A stretch of 64,000 nt of DNA from positions 184,207 through 248,206 of the forward strand of contig DASZXY010000013.1 in assembly GCA_035545635.1 (NCBI GenBank), in the 5' to 3' direction. Below are positions 12,742 through 20,814 of this stretch, piece by piece. How positions within the stretch are numbered: position 1 is the first letter of the stretch; every line of letters begins with the position of its first letter. Made by a program: the position numbers and the translations under genes. The notes under the pieces were generated by a model. The model worked only from the letters and a program-made list of their open reading frames with translations. It was not told where the DNA came from and made no database searches. Source of the DNA: Mycobacteriales bacterium (GTDB lineage: Bacteria; Actinomycetota; Actinomycetes; JAFAQI01).

Positions 12742-13827
12742 TCAGTCGAACGTGATGACTTGGCGGATCACATCGCCCGCCTGCATAGCGACGAACGCAT
12801 CGTTGACCTCGTCGAGGGTGATGCGCTTCGTGATCATGCCTTCCAGGTCGAGCTGTCCCGCACGCCAGAGGTCGAGCAGCCGTGGGAAGTCGCGACGGAT
12901 GTTGGCCGAGCCGTAGTAGGAGCTACGGATCGTCTTCTCGCCGTAGAACAGCTCGAACGCACTGAAGGACACCATGTCGTCGGCCGGTCCGACGCCGACG
13001 ATGACGGTCGTCCCGCCGCGTCGCGTCGCGTCGTACGCAGCGCGGATCGTCTGAGAACGGCCGACGACCTCGAAGGCGTAGTCGAAGCCGGCGCCGCCAG
13101 TGAGCTCCATGCTGAGAGCCGGCAGATCGCCGGGGGTGACCGCGTGCGTCGCCCCGAACTGCTTCGCCCACTCGAGCTTGTGCGGAACCATGTCAACCGC
13201 GACGATCTTGGCCGCGCCGCAGATCTTCGCTCCCTGGATCGCGCTGATTCCGACGCCGCCGCAACCGATCACCAGGACCGACGAACCAGGCTCGACCTTC
13301 GCCGCGTTCATGACGGCACCGACGCCTGTCATCACGCCGCAACCGATCAGCGACGCGAGGTCGAACGGTACGTCCTTGCCGATCTTGATCGCTGCCGCCT
13401 CCGGTACGACGAGCTCCTCGGCAAAGGTGCCCGCGCCGGCCATCCCGAACAGCGGGGTCTCGTCAGCGGCGGCGAAGCGGGGCTCGCCGAACGCCTCCGC
13501 CACCAGCTTCATGCAGAGCTGAGGCTTGCCGTTCGTGCAGTCCGCACACTGGCCACACTGCGGTGACCAGCAGATGACGACGTGGTCGCCCGGCTTCAGC
13601 GTGCTGACCCCGGGTCCGACCTCGACGACCTCGCCAGCGCCTTCGTGGCCGAGCACGGCGGGCATCGCCACCGGGATCGTCCCGGTCATAGCGGACAGAT
13701 CCGAGTGGCAGACGCCAGTGGCGCGGATCTTCACTCGCACCTTGCCGTCGGTGACAGCGGTCGCCACGACGTTGTCGCGGACCTCGAGGGTGGTGCTGCC
13801 GATCTCAGTGAGGACAGCAGCCTTCAC
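12742..13827 (-). CDS. Zn-dependent alcohol dehydrogenase (MDR family)
   Basis: GVCHSDL zinc site and GxGxxG Rossmann motif. GTG start at 13827, making a GTGA overlap with the ferredoxin stop. An ATG at 13866 is an alternative. Confidence 0.85.
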   Translation of the reverse strand: MKAAVLTEIGSTTLEVRDNVVATAVTDGKVRVKIRATGVCHSDLSAMTGTIPVAMPAVLGHEGAGEVVEVGPGVSTLKPGDHVVICWSPQCGQCADCTNGKPQLCMKLVAEAFGEPRFAAADETPLFGMAGAGTFAEELVVPEAAAIKIGKDVPFDLASLIGCGVMTGVGAVMNAAKVEPGSSVLVIGCGGVGISAIQGAKICGAAKIVAVDMVPHKLEWAKQFGATHAVTPGDLPALSMELTGGAGFDYAFEVVGRSQTIRAAYDATRRGGTTVIVGVGPADDMVSFSAFELFYGEKTIRSSYYGSANIRRDFPRLLDLWRAGQLDLEGMITKRITLDEVNDAFVAMQAGDVIRQVITFD

Positions 13828-14042
13828 TGCTGGGCCCGCTGGAGCTTCAGCGCGCGCTTGGGGCACATGTCAACGGCTTCCTGGACCTTGTCGAGGAGGT
13901 CGGCCGGCGGGTGGAAGTTCGACACCTGAAGGTTGTCGTCGTCATCGACGCTGAAGATCTCGGGGAGGATGCCCTCGCACACGGCGTTGGCCTCGCACTC
14001 GTCCCAGTCGACGACGATTTCGGCTGTCTGCTCGTCACTCAC
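13824..14042 (-). CDS. 3Fe-4S ferredoxin
   Basis: 72 aa with CxxxxxC...CP cysteine spacing (DECEANAVCEGILPE...MCP). A small FdxD-like ferredoxin next to oxidoreductases. Confidence 0.75.
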   Translation of the reverse strand: MSDEQTAEIVVDWDECEANAVCEGILPEIFSVDDDDNLQVSNFHPPADLLDKVQEAVDMCPKRALKLQRAQQ

Positions 14043-14050
14043 CGCCGAAG

Positions 14051-14064
14051 TAGAACACGTTCCG
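14051..14064. promoter_or_regulatory. KstR-like box (TAGAACACGTTCCG)
   Basis: Good TAGAAC half-site and weaker second half, in the fdx/echA divergent region. Confidence 0.4.
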
Positions 14065-14095
14065 AATTGCCGTCACAAGGCCGGGGTAGCGAGTT

Positions 14096-14110
14096 TCTGA
14101 CGGGTCGTCA
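14096..14110. promoter_or_regulatory. Palindrome TCTGACGGGTCGTCA (site B)
   Basis: TGACG-GGT-CGTCA, 10 bp upstream of the echA start at 14121. Confidence 0.5.
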
Positions 14111-14120
14111 TACTTTCCCG

Positions 14121-14951
14121 ATGGTGCGCATGGAGCCGGTCGAGGCCGAGGCCGACTGGATGCTCCGGCTCGACGTCGCGGACGGCATCGCCACCCTGAC
14201 GTTGGACCACCCGGAGAAGCTCAACGCCTGGTCCTGGGAGGCCACCCGCCAGCTCGGCAAGCGGGCCGACCAGATCCGGTTCGACGACTCGGTACGGGTC
14301 GTCGTCCTCCGAGCCGAGGGCCGAGCCTTTTGCGCCGGCGTCGACCTCGGGATGCCCGAGGACCGGATCACCGGGCGATCAGCGGCCGAGAAGGCACGCA
14401 ACTTCTATGAGGGCGTGCGCTGGGTGCACGAGCGGTTCCACGCCTTCTCCGACCTGCCACAGCCGATCGTCGCCGCGGTGCACGGCTACTGCCTCGGGTT
14501 CGGCTTCGAGCTCGCGCTCATGGCAGACATCCGGGTCGCCTCGGACGACGCGGTCTTCGCGCTGCCCGAAGCGCAGATCGGCGTCTCGATCGACGCTGGC
14601 GGCGACCTCCGGCTCGCGCGCGACGCCGGTGCCGGCTGGGCGAAGCTGCTTGCGCTGACCGGGCGCCGGATCGACGCGGCGACGGCGGAGCGGATCGGCG
14701 TCGTCCAGACCGTCGTGACCCGAGCCGAGCTCGACGAGACCGCGCTCGGGATCGCCCGCGAGATTCGAGACAACGCGCCGCTCGCCGTACAAAGCATCAA
14801 GCGCACGATCAACTCCTTCGCCGACAACGGTCTGGCCGATGCGATGCGATTCGAGGCGATGAGCGCGTCGGTCGAGTTCGTCTCGGAGGACATGCCGAAG
14901 GGATACGCCGCCAAGGCCAACAAGGTGACCCCCGACTTCGAGGGGAAATAA
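14121..14951 (+). CDS. Enoyl-CoA hydratase/isomerase family protein
   Basis: Crotonase fold (LDHPEKLNAW, AFCAGVDL). ATG at 14121. Confidence 0.85.
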   Translation: MVRMEPVEAEADWMLRLDVADGIATLTLDHPEKLNAWSWEATRQLGKRADQIRFDDSVRVVVLRAEGRAFCAGVDLGMPEDRITGRSAAEKARNFYEGVRWVHERFHAFSDLPQPIVAAVHGYCLGFGFELALMADIRVASDDAVFALPEAQIGVSIDAGGDLRLARDAGAGWAKLLALTGRRIDAATAERIGVVQTVVTRAELDETALGIAREIRDNAPLAVQSIKRTINSFADNGLADAMRFEAMSASVEFVSEDMPKGYAAKANKVTPDFEGK

Positions 14952-14956
14952 GCGGC

Positions 14957-15829
14957 GTGGCGACCCCAGCTGCCCGACCGGGCGTTCCGCACCCTGCCGC
15001 GCCTCCCGGGGCGATGTTGCCGACGGGCACGTACGACGGGCAGGTCGCTCTGGTCACCGGCGGCGGCACCGGCTTGGGCAAGGCCATCGCGGTGGAGTTC
15101 GGGCGGCTCGGCGCGGCGGTCGCGGTCGCGAGCCGCAGCGAGGAGCACCGGGTCGCGGGCGTGGCCGCGATCGAGGCGGTCGGCGGTACGTCGGTCGGGG
15201 TCGAGCTCGACGTCCGTGAGCCCGAGTCTGTGGCGGCGGCCTTCGATGCGATCGAGGCCGCGTTCGGCACCGTCACCGTGCTCGTGAACAACGCGGCCGC
15301 GAACTTCCCGGTGGCTGCGGCCGACCTCTCCCCCAACGGCTGGCGTGCGGTGGAACGGATCGTGCTGGACGGCACCTTCTTTTGCTCCAAAGAGCTGCAC
15401 CGTCGGCTGGTCGAGACCGGGAAGCCCGGCTCGATCATCAACATCGTGTCGACGGCGGCCGAGAGCGGCGGGCCGGGAATGGCGCACTCGGCGGCGGCGA
15501 AGGCCGGCGTCGTGTCTCTGACCAAGACCCTCGCGGTGGAGTGGGCACCCGACGGGGTCCGGGTCAACGCGATCGCCCCAGGCCTGTTCCCCCACGACGA
15601 CATGCCCGAGGCGATCCGCGCGGTTCGTGACGAATCGGTCGATGCGACCCGCCAGCCCGCGGGACGCGCGGGTGAGCCGAGAGAGCTCGGGTGGGCGGCG
15701 ACGTACCTCTGCTCCCCGTACGCTTCCTTCATCACCGGTCACGTGCTGGTGGTCGACGGTGGAAACTGGCTGCGTCGCGACTTCGCGATGCCGCCCTTCA
15801 CTCCGATCAGGGAGCAGCTCAACCGATGA
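14957..15829 (+). CDS. SDR-family oxidoreductase
   Basis: TGGGTGLGKAIA Rossmann motif and NNAA motif. GTG start. Confidence 0.85.
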   Translation: MATPAARPGVPHPAAPPGAMLPTGTYDGQVALVTGGGTGLGKAIAVEFGRLGAAVAVASRSEEHRVAGVAAIEAVGGTSVGVELDVREPESVAAAFDAIEAAFGTVTVLVNNAAANFPVAAADLSPNGWRAVERIVLDGTFFCSKELHRRLVETGKPGSIINIVSTAAESGGPGMAHSAAAKAGVVSLTKTLAVEWAPDGVRVNAIAPGLFPHDDMPEAIRAVRDESVDATRQPAGRAGEPRELGWAATYLCSPYASFITGHVLVVDGGNWLRRDFAMPPFTPIREQLNR

Positions 15830-16605
15830 GCGACGCGAGCAAGCTTCGCAACGCAGCGATCGCCGCCCGCCAGAAGCGCGAGGCGGAGGAGGCTGCTGCG
15901 GCCTCTGGCGCGACGACGTACGGCGTCGCCGATGCGGTCGGCCTTGCCGAGAGCGTGCTCCCGTTCCAGCTGGTCCAGCTGCTGCCGGACAAGGTCGCCG
16001 CGGCTCCCTGGCGCACTCAGTGCAGAGTGATCACCTGGGTGCACCCGGTCGCGCCCGCCGCGGTCGAGGCACTCCCCGCGCCGATCCGGTCCGCCGGCAT
16101 CTCGCTCGCGGCGTGGGCCCTGGTCCGTTACGAGCACACCCCCGTCGGCCCGTACGACGAGCTGGCCGTGACCCTGCTGCCGCAGGGCAACGGTGGCTAC
16201 GGCCACATCCCGTTCATCGCGGTCGACTCCTACCCGAGCATCGTCGGCGGGCGCGCCAACTGGCTGCTGCCGAAGTCGCTCGCGCGGTTCGTCTGGTCGG
16301 AGGACAGCCTCAACGCGAACGTGACCGCCGACGCGCCGGCAAAGCCCGGCTGGAGCCTCACGGTCAACACCACGCCGTCCGGCCAAGCCAGCGCAACCAC
16401 GATTCCGAGCAACGTCCAGCAGGTGAGCACCGCCGGCGCCGTACGCAGGTTCACGGGTGTCATGTCCGGCGCGATGCAGCCCGCCGCCGTCAACGTCGAA
16501 GGCGTGGCGGAAGGGCCCCTTGCGCCACTGCTGGTGTCGGGTCGGTACGACGGCACGCTGCTGACCGACTGCACGTTCGAGGTCGGGGCCCTCAACCCGG
16601 CCTGA
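15826..16605 (+). CDS. Acetoacetate-decarboxylase-like (ADC family) protein
   Basis: 259 aa from an ATG in an ATGA overlap with the SDR stop. It has a GRANWLLPK motif resembling the ADC-family GRExWGxPK. Confidence 0.5.
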   Translation: MSDASKLRNAAIAARQKREAEEAAAASGATTYGVADAVGLAESVLPFQLVQLLPDKVAAAPWRTQCRVITWVHPVAPAAVEALPAPIRSAGISLAAWALVRYEHTPVGPYDELAVTLLPQGNGGYGHIPFIAVDSYPSIVGGRANWLLPKSLARFVWSEDSLNANVTADAPAKPGWSLTVNTTPSGQASATTIPSNVQQVSTAGAVRRFTGVMSGAMQPAAVNVEGVAEGPLAPLLVSGRYDGTLLTDCTFEVGALNPA

Positions 16606-16613
16606 CAATCTGC

Positions 16614-16672
16614 GTGATCATGGCGTTTTGGTCAGACACGCCCGCGTGTCGTGACCACTTCGCCATGATCAC
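16614..16672. other. Long stem-loop (12-bp perfect arms GTGATCATGGCG/CGCCATGATCAC with a nested imperfect palindrome)
   Basis: Seen directly in the spacer between the ADC-like gene and the PHP gene. Confidence 0.6.
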
Positions 16673-16698
16673 GCCGGTTTAGCGGGTAGGAGGTGGGT

Positions 16699-17718
16699 GT
16701 GGCTGACGGTACGGCGCGGGATCCGCTCGCCGACCTGCAACGGATCGCCTACCTGCTCGAGCGCGCCCATGAGGCGACACCTCGGGTGAAGGCATTTCGC
16801 ACGGCCGCCTCGATCGTCGAGGACCTGCCGGCGGAGGAGCTCGCCCAGCGCGCCGAGAAGAACACCCTCACCGACCTTTCCGGCATCGGCGACACCACGT
16901 CGACGGTCATTCGGGAGTCCCTCGCGGGCAAGGTCCCGGCGTACCTGGAAAAGCTGGAAGCGGCACTGCCCAAGGCGAAGAACCCGGGGCGGATGCAGAA
17001 GGCGCTCAGGGGTGACCTTCACATGCACAGCGACTGGAGCGACGGCGGGTCACCGATCGAGGAGATGGTGACCGCGGCGCGCGACCTCGGTCATGAGTAC
17101 GTCGCCCTCACTGACCACTCGCCGCGGCTCACGGTCGCGCGCGGGCTCACCGCCGAGCGACTGCGCGAGCAGCTGAAGATCGTGAAGGCGCTCAACAAGA
17201 AGATGGCGCCGTTCCGGATCCTCACCGGCATCGAGGTCGACATCCTCGAAGACGGCTCGCTCGACCAAGAAGAGGACCTGCTCGCCGAGCTCGACGTCGT
17301 CGTCGCGTCGGTCCACTCCAAGCTCCGGATGGACGCGAAGCAGATGACCGAGCGCATGGTCATCGCGGTCGCGAACCCGAACACCGACATCCTGGGTCAC
17401 TGCACCGGCCGGTTGCTCGCCGGTCGCGGCCGGCCGGAGTCGGAGTTCGACGCGGACATGGTGTTCGAGGCGTGCAAGCAGTTCGGCACAGCGGTCGAGA
17501 TCAACTGCCGGCCGGAGCGCCTCGATCCGCCGAGACGGCTGCTCGCACTCGCTGACGAGATCGGTTGCATGTTCTCGATCGACACCGACTCCCACGCCCC
17601 GGGCCAGCTCGAGTGGCAGGTCAACGGCTGCGAACGAGCCGACGAGATCGACCTCGACCCCGAGCGAGTCATCAACACCAGAAACGCCGACGACCTCCTC
17701 GACCTGTTGGCCCACTGA
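16699..17718 (+). CDS. PHP-domain protein (PolX-like HhH plus PHP phosphoesterase)
   Basis: PHP His motifs (HMHSDWSDG, TDHSP, IDTDSHAP). GTG at 16699 with an AGGAGG RBS five nucleotides upstream. Confidence 0.75.
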   Translation: MADGTARDPLADLQRIAYLLERAHEATPRVKAFRTAASIVEDLPAEELAQRAEKNTLTDLSGIGDTTSTVIRESLAGKVPAYLEKLEAALPKAKNPGRMQKALRGDLHMHSDWSDGGSPIEEMVTAARDLGHEYVALTDHSPRLTVARGLTAERLREQLKIVKALNKKMAPFRILTGIEVDILEDGSLDQEEDLLAELDVVVASVHSKLRMDAKQMTERMVIAVANPNTDILGHCTGRLLAGRGRPESEFDADMVFEACKQFGTAVEINCRPERLDPPRRLLALADEIGCMFSIDTDSHAPGQLEWQVNGCERADEIDLDPERVINTRNADDLLDLLAH

Positions 17719-17793
17719 GCAAAGTGGCTTTGGTCGAGTTATAGCCACCCAAAGGGGCGTCGCTTGGCAATAGGCCGGGCGAAGCCACTTTGC
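17719..17793. other. 12-bp perfect inverted repeat GCAAAGTGGCTT...AAGCCACTTTGC with a nested CTTTGG/CCAAAG pair
   Basis: Immediately 3' of the PHP stop. A possible structured terminator. Confidence 0.5.
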
Positions 17794-17830
17794 TTGGCTG
17801 CTGGACGTTGACGGTTCGAACAGGTCAGAA

Positions 17831-17844
17831 TAGAACTTGTTCTA
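17831..17844. promoter_or_regulatory. KstR-type operator box (TAGAACTTGTTCTA)
   Basis: Perfect palindrome matching TnnAACnnGTTnnA, 22 bp upstream of the NMO start. In Mtb the ortholog Rv3553 is cholesterol-regulated. Confidence 0.55.
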
Positions 17845-17865
17845 GTTCGGTCCGGAGGGATTTCC

Positions 17866-18999
17866 ATGCGCACCGCGATCTGCGACGAGCTCGGCATCGA
17901 GTTCCCCATCTTCGCCTTCACCCACTGCCGCGACGTCGTCGTCGCCGTGAGCCGCGCCGGGGGCTTCGGCGTCCTCGGTGCCGTCGGCTACAGCCCTGAG
18001 CAGCTCGAGATCGAGCTCAACTGGATCGACGAGCACATCGGCGACCACACGTACGGCGTGGACATCGTGATCCCGAACAAGTACGAGGGCATGGACGCGA
18101 ACATGTCCACCGAGGACCTCACCAAGATGCTGCAGGACATGGTGCCGCAGCAGCACCTCGACTTCGCGCGGAAGATCCTCACCGACCACGGCGTCCCGAT
18201 GCCGGAAGACGGCGACGACAACACGCTGCGGCTCCTCGGCTGGACCGAAGCGACTGCAACCCCGCAGGTCGAGATTGCTCTGAAGCACCCGAAGATGACG
18301 TTGATCGCCAATGCGCTTGGCACGCCACCGGCGGAGATCATCGACCTGATCCACGCCGAGGGCCGCAAGGTCGCCGCGCTCTGCGGGTCGCCGTACCAGG
18401 CGTTGAAGCACGCCGCAGCCGACGTGGACATCATCATCGCCCAGGGTGGCGAGGGCGGCGGCCACTGTGGTGAGGTCGGCTCGATCGTGTTGTGGCCGCA
18501 GGTCGTCAAGGCGGTGGCGCCGCGGCCGGTGCTCGCAGCCGGCGGCATCGGCTCCGGCCAGCAGATCGCGGCCGCGCTCGCACTCGGCTGCCAGGGCGCG
18601 TGGTCCGGATCGCAGTGGCTGATGGTCGAAGAGGCGGAGAACACTCCGGTCCAGCAGCAGGCTTACATCAACGCCACGAGCCGCGACACCACCCGCAGCC
18701 GCAGCTTCACCGGCAAGCCGTGCCGAATGTTGAAGAACGACTGGACCGAGGCGTGGGAGAACCCGGACAACCCGGACCCCCTCGGCATGCCGCTGCAGTA
18801 CATGGTGTCCGGAATGGCTGTCGCCGCTACTCACCGCTACCCGAACGAGACTGTCGACGTCGCCTTCAACCCCGTCGGGCAGGTCGTCGGTCAGTTCGAG
18901 AAGGTCGAGAAGACCGCTGCGGTGATCGAGCGGTGGGTCAACGAGTACCTCGAGGCGACCCAGACCCTGGAGACGGCGAACGCCGCCGCCGGAGTCTGA
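17866..18999 (+). CDS. Nitronate monooxygenase / NAD(P)H-dependent flavin oxidoreductase (NMO family), paralog 1
   Basis: Full-length similarity to 2-nitropropane dioxygenase-like proteins (Rv3553-like). Paralogous to 27914..29044. Confidence 0.9.
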   Translation: MRTAICDELGIEFPIFAFTHCRDVVVAVSRAGGFGVLGAVGYSPEQLEIELNWIDEHIGDHTYGVDIVIPNKYEGMDANMSTEDLTKMLQDMVPQQHLDFARKILTDHGVPMPEDGDDNTLRLLGWTEATATPQVEIALKHPKMTLIANALGTPPAEIIDLIHAEGRKVAALCGSPYQALKHAAADVDIIIAQGGEGGGHCGEVGSIVLWPQVVKAVAPRPVLAAGGIGSGQQIAAALALGCQGAWSGSQWLMVEEAENTPVQQQAYINATSRDTTRSRSFTGKPCRMLKNDWTEAWENPDNPDPLGMPLQYMVSGMAVAATHRYPNETVDVAFNPVGQVVGQFEKVEKTAAVIERWVNEYLEATQTLETANAAAGV

Positions 19000-19001
19000 C
19001 C

Positions 19002-19080
19002 CAGCAGAGCCGCTCCACCAGGCAGATTGCCGCAGCAGAGCCGCTCTACCTGGCAGATTCGAGCAGTAGAGCCGCTCTGC
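19002..19080. repeat. Tandem ~30-bp repeat, 2.6 copies (CAGCAGAGCCGCTCyACCwGGCAGATTsC)
   Basis: Fills the convergent spacer between NMO and the amidohydrolase. Each unit carries a GAGCCGCTC palindrome. Confidence 0.8.
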
Positions 19081-19082
19081 TT

Positions 19083-20807
19083 CTAGCTGGTCGCGACTGT
19101 CACCGTGTCACGCCCGCTGCGGAGCACCTTGCCGGGGCGGGCGTCGGTCGCCTTGCCGTCGCGAATCGTCTCCACGCCGTTGACCAGCACGCGCTTCACG
19201 CCGATGCCACCTGCGGTCAGCCGCGGCGCGTCGCCGGGCAGGTCGAAGTGGAGCGCGGCGTCCTCCGACGCGATCGTCTCCGGATCGAACACGACGATGT
19301 CGGCGTGGTAGCCCTCGCGCAGGTAGCCGCGCTCGGTCAGGCCGAACAAGTCGGCCTGCGCCCCGGTGATCATCTGCACCGCTGACTCGAGCGGCACGAG
19401 CTTGCGACCGCGGATCATGTCGCCGAGGAACCGGGTCGGGAACGGCGCACCTGCCATGCGATCGAGGTGCGCGCCGGCGTCAGAGCCACCGAGCATGACG
19501 TCTTCCTCGCCCCACGCCGTCTGCCGCAGCGCCCACGTGTCCGGGTCGTTGTCGTTCGGCATCGGCCAGAGCACGGTGCGCAGCTCGTCGGCGATGACGA
19601 TGTCGAGCAGAGTGTCGAACGGGTCCTTGCCGAGCTCCGCCGCGATGTCCTTCACGACCCGGCCCTTGAGGCCGTCGTTCTCCGGCGCGTAGGTGTCACC
19701 GATGACATAGCGACCGAACGAGCCGAGCCGCTTGAACACACCCGCTTCCGGGGAGTTCACCAGCTCGACCATCTTGGCGCGGGTTGCCGGGTCGGACAGC
19801 CGCTCGATGCGCTCCGGCACCGGGCACTGCAGGATCTCGCCCCAGCCGGGGATCAGCCACAATCCGCAGAAGTTGAGCAGGCTCATGTTCATCGGCACGA
19901 GCACTGGCATCGTCAGCGCAACAACGCGGCCGCCGAGCTCACGCGCCCGCTGCGACGCCTGCAGCTGCCGCGGGATGCGGTCCGGCTCCCGCGCATCGAT
20001 GGTGAGCAGGTTCCAGTTCAGCGACCGCTTCGCCGCCGCCGACATCGAAGCGAGCAGTTCGATCTCCTCGTCCTCGAACTTGTCGAGGCAACCGGAGACG
20101 ATGCCCTCGAGGAACGTGCCTTCGTGCTCGCCGACGGCCGCGCACAGTGCGAGCAGCTCGTCCTTGCCGGCGTGACGTGACGCGACCGGCTTGCCCTCAC
20201 CGTCGGAGTGCGTGCGCGACAACGTGGTCGAGAAGCCAAGGCCGCCGGCCTCGATCGAGGAGTGCAGTACGGCGACGAGCTGCTTGATCTCGTCGTCGGT
20301 GGCCTCGCGGTCGGTCGCGTCCGCGCCCATGACGTAGCGGCGAAGCGCGCAGTGCCCGACGAGGAAGCCGGCGTTGACCGCAAGATCGGCGCGCTCAACC
20401 GCGTCGAGGTACTCGGCGAAGGTCTCCCAGGTCCAGTCGACGCCGGTCTCGAGCGCCTCGAGCGGCATGCCCTCGACCTTCTGCATCATCCGGCGGATGT
20501 AGTCGGCGTCCTCCGCCTTCAGCGGCGCGAGCGTGAAGCCGCAGTTGCCGCCGAGCACCGTCGTGACGCCGTGCTCGTTGGACGGCGTGAGCAGCGGGTC
20601 CCAGAACAGCTGCGCGTCGTAGTGCGTGTGGTTGTCGATGAAGCCGGGCGTCACGACAAGGCCGGTCGCGTCGAAGACCTCGGACGCGTCCTCATCAACA
20701 GAACCGACAGCGACGATCCGGCCGTCACGTACGCCGACGTCGCCGACGTACGACGGGCCCCCCGTCCCGTCGACGACGGTCGCCCCCTTGATCAGGTAGT
20801 CCAACAC
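19083..20807 (-). CDS. Amidohydrolase (D-aminoacylase / N-acyl-D-amino-acid deacylase-like)
   Basis: 574 aa. Metal-binding HxH (DNHTHYD) and the D-aminoacylase family architecture. Confidence 0.85.
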   Translation of the reverse strand: MLDYLIKGATVVDGTGGPSYVGDVGVRDGRIVAVGSVDEDASEVFDATGLVVTPGFIDNHTHYDAQLFWDPLLTPSNEHGVTTVLGGNCGFTLAPLKAEDADYIRRMMQKVEGMPLEALETGVDWTWETFAEYLDAVERADLAVNAGFLVGHCALRRYVMGADATDREATDDEIKQLVAVLHSSIEAGGLGFSTTLSRTHSDGEGKPVASRHAGKDELLALCAAVGEHEGTFLEGIVSGCLDKFEDEEIELLASMSAAAKRSLNWNLLTIDAREPDRIPRQLQASQRARELGGRVVALTMPVLVPMNMSLLNFCGLWLIPGWGEILQCPVPERIERLSDPATRAKMVELVNSPEAGVFKRLGSFGRYVIGDTYAPENDGLKGRVVKDIAAELGKDPFDTLLDIVIADELRTVLWPMPNDNDPDTWALRQTAWGEEDVMLGGSDAGAHLDRMAGAPFPTRFLGDMIRGRKLVPLESAVQMITGAQADLFGLTERGYLREGYHADIVVFDPETIASEDAALHFDLPGDAPRLTAGGIGVKRVLVNGVETIRDGKATDARPGKVLRSGRDTVTVATS

Positions 20808-20814
20808 GAAATGC

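Noticed and set aside
17808-17822. GGTTCGAAC, resembling a tRNA T-loop
   Set aside because: No acceptor or anticodon stem can be built around it. It sits inside the KstR-box promoter region.
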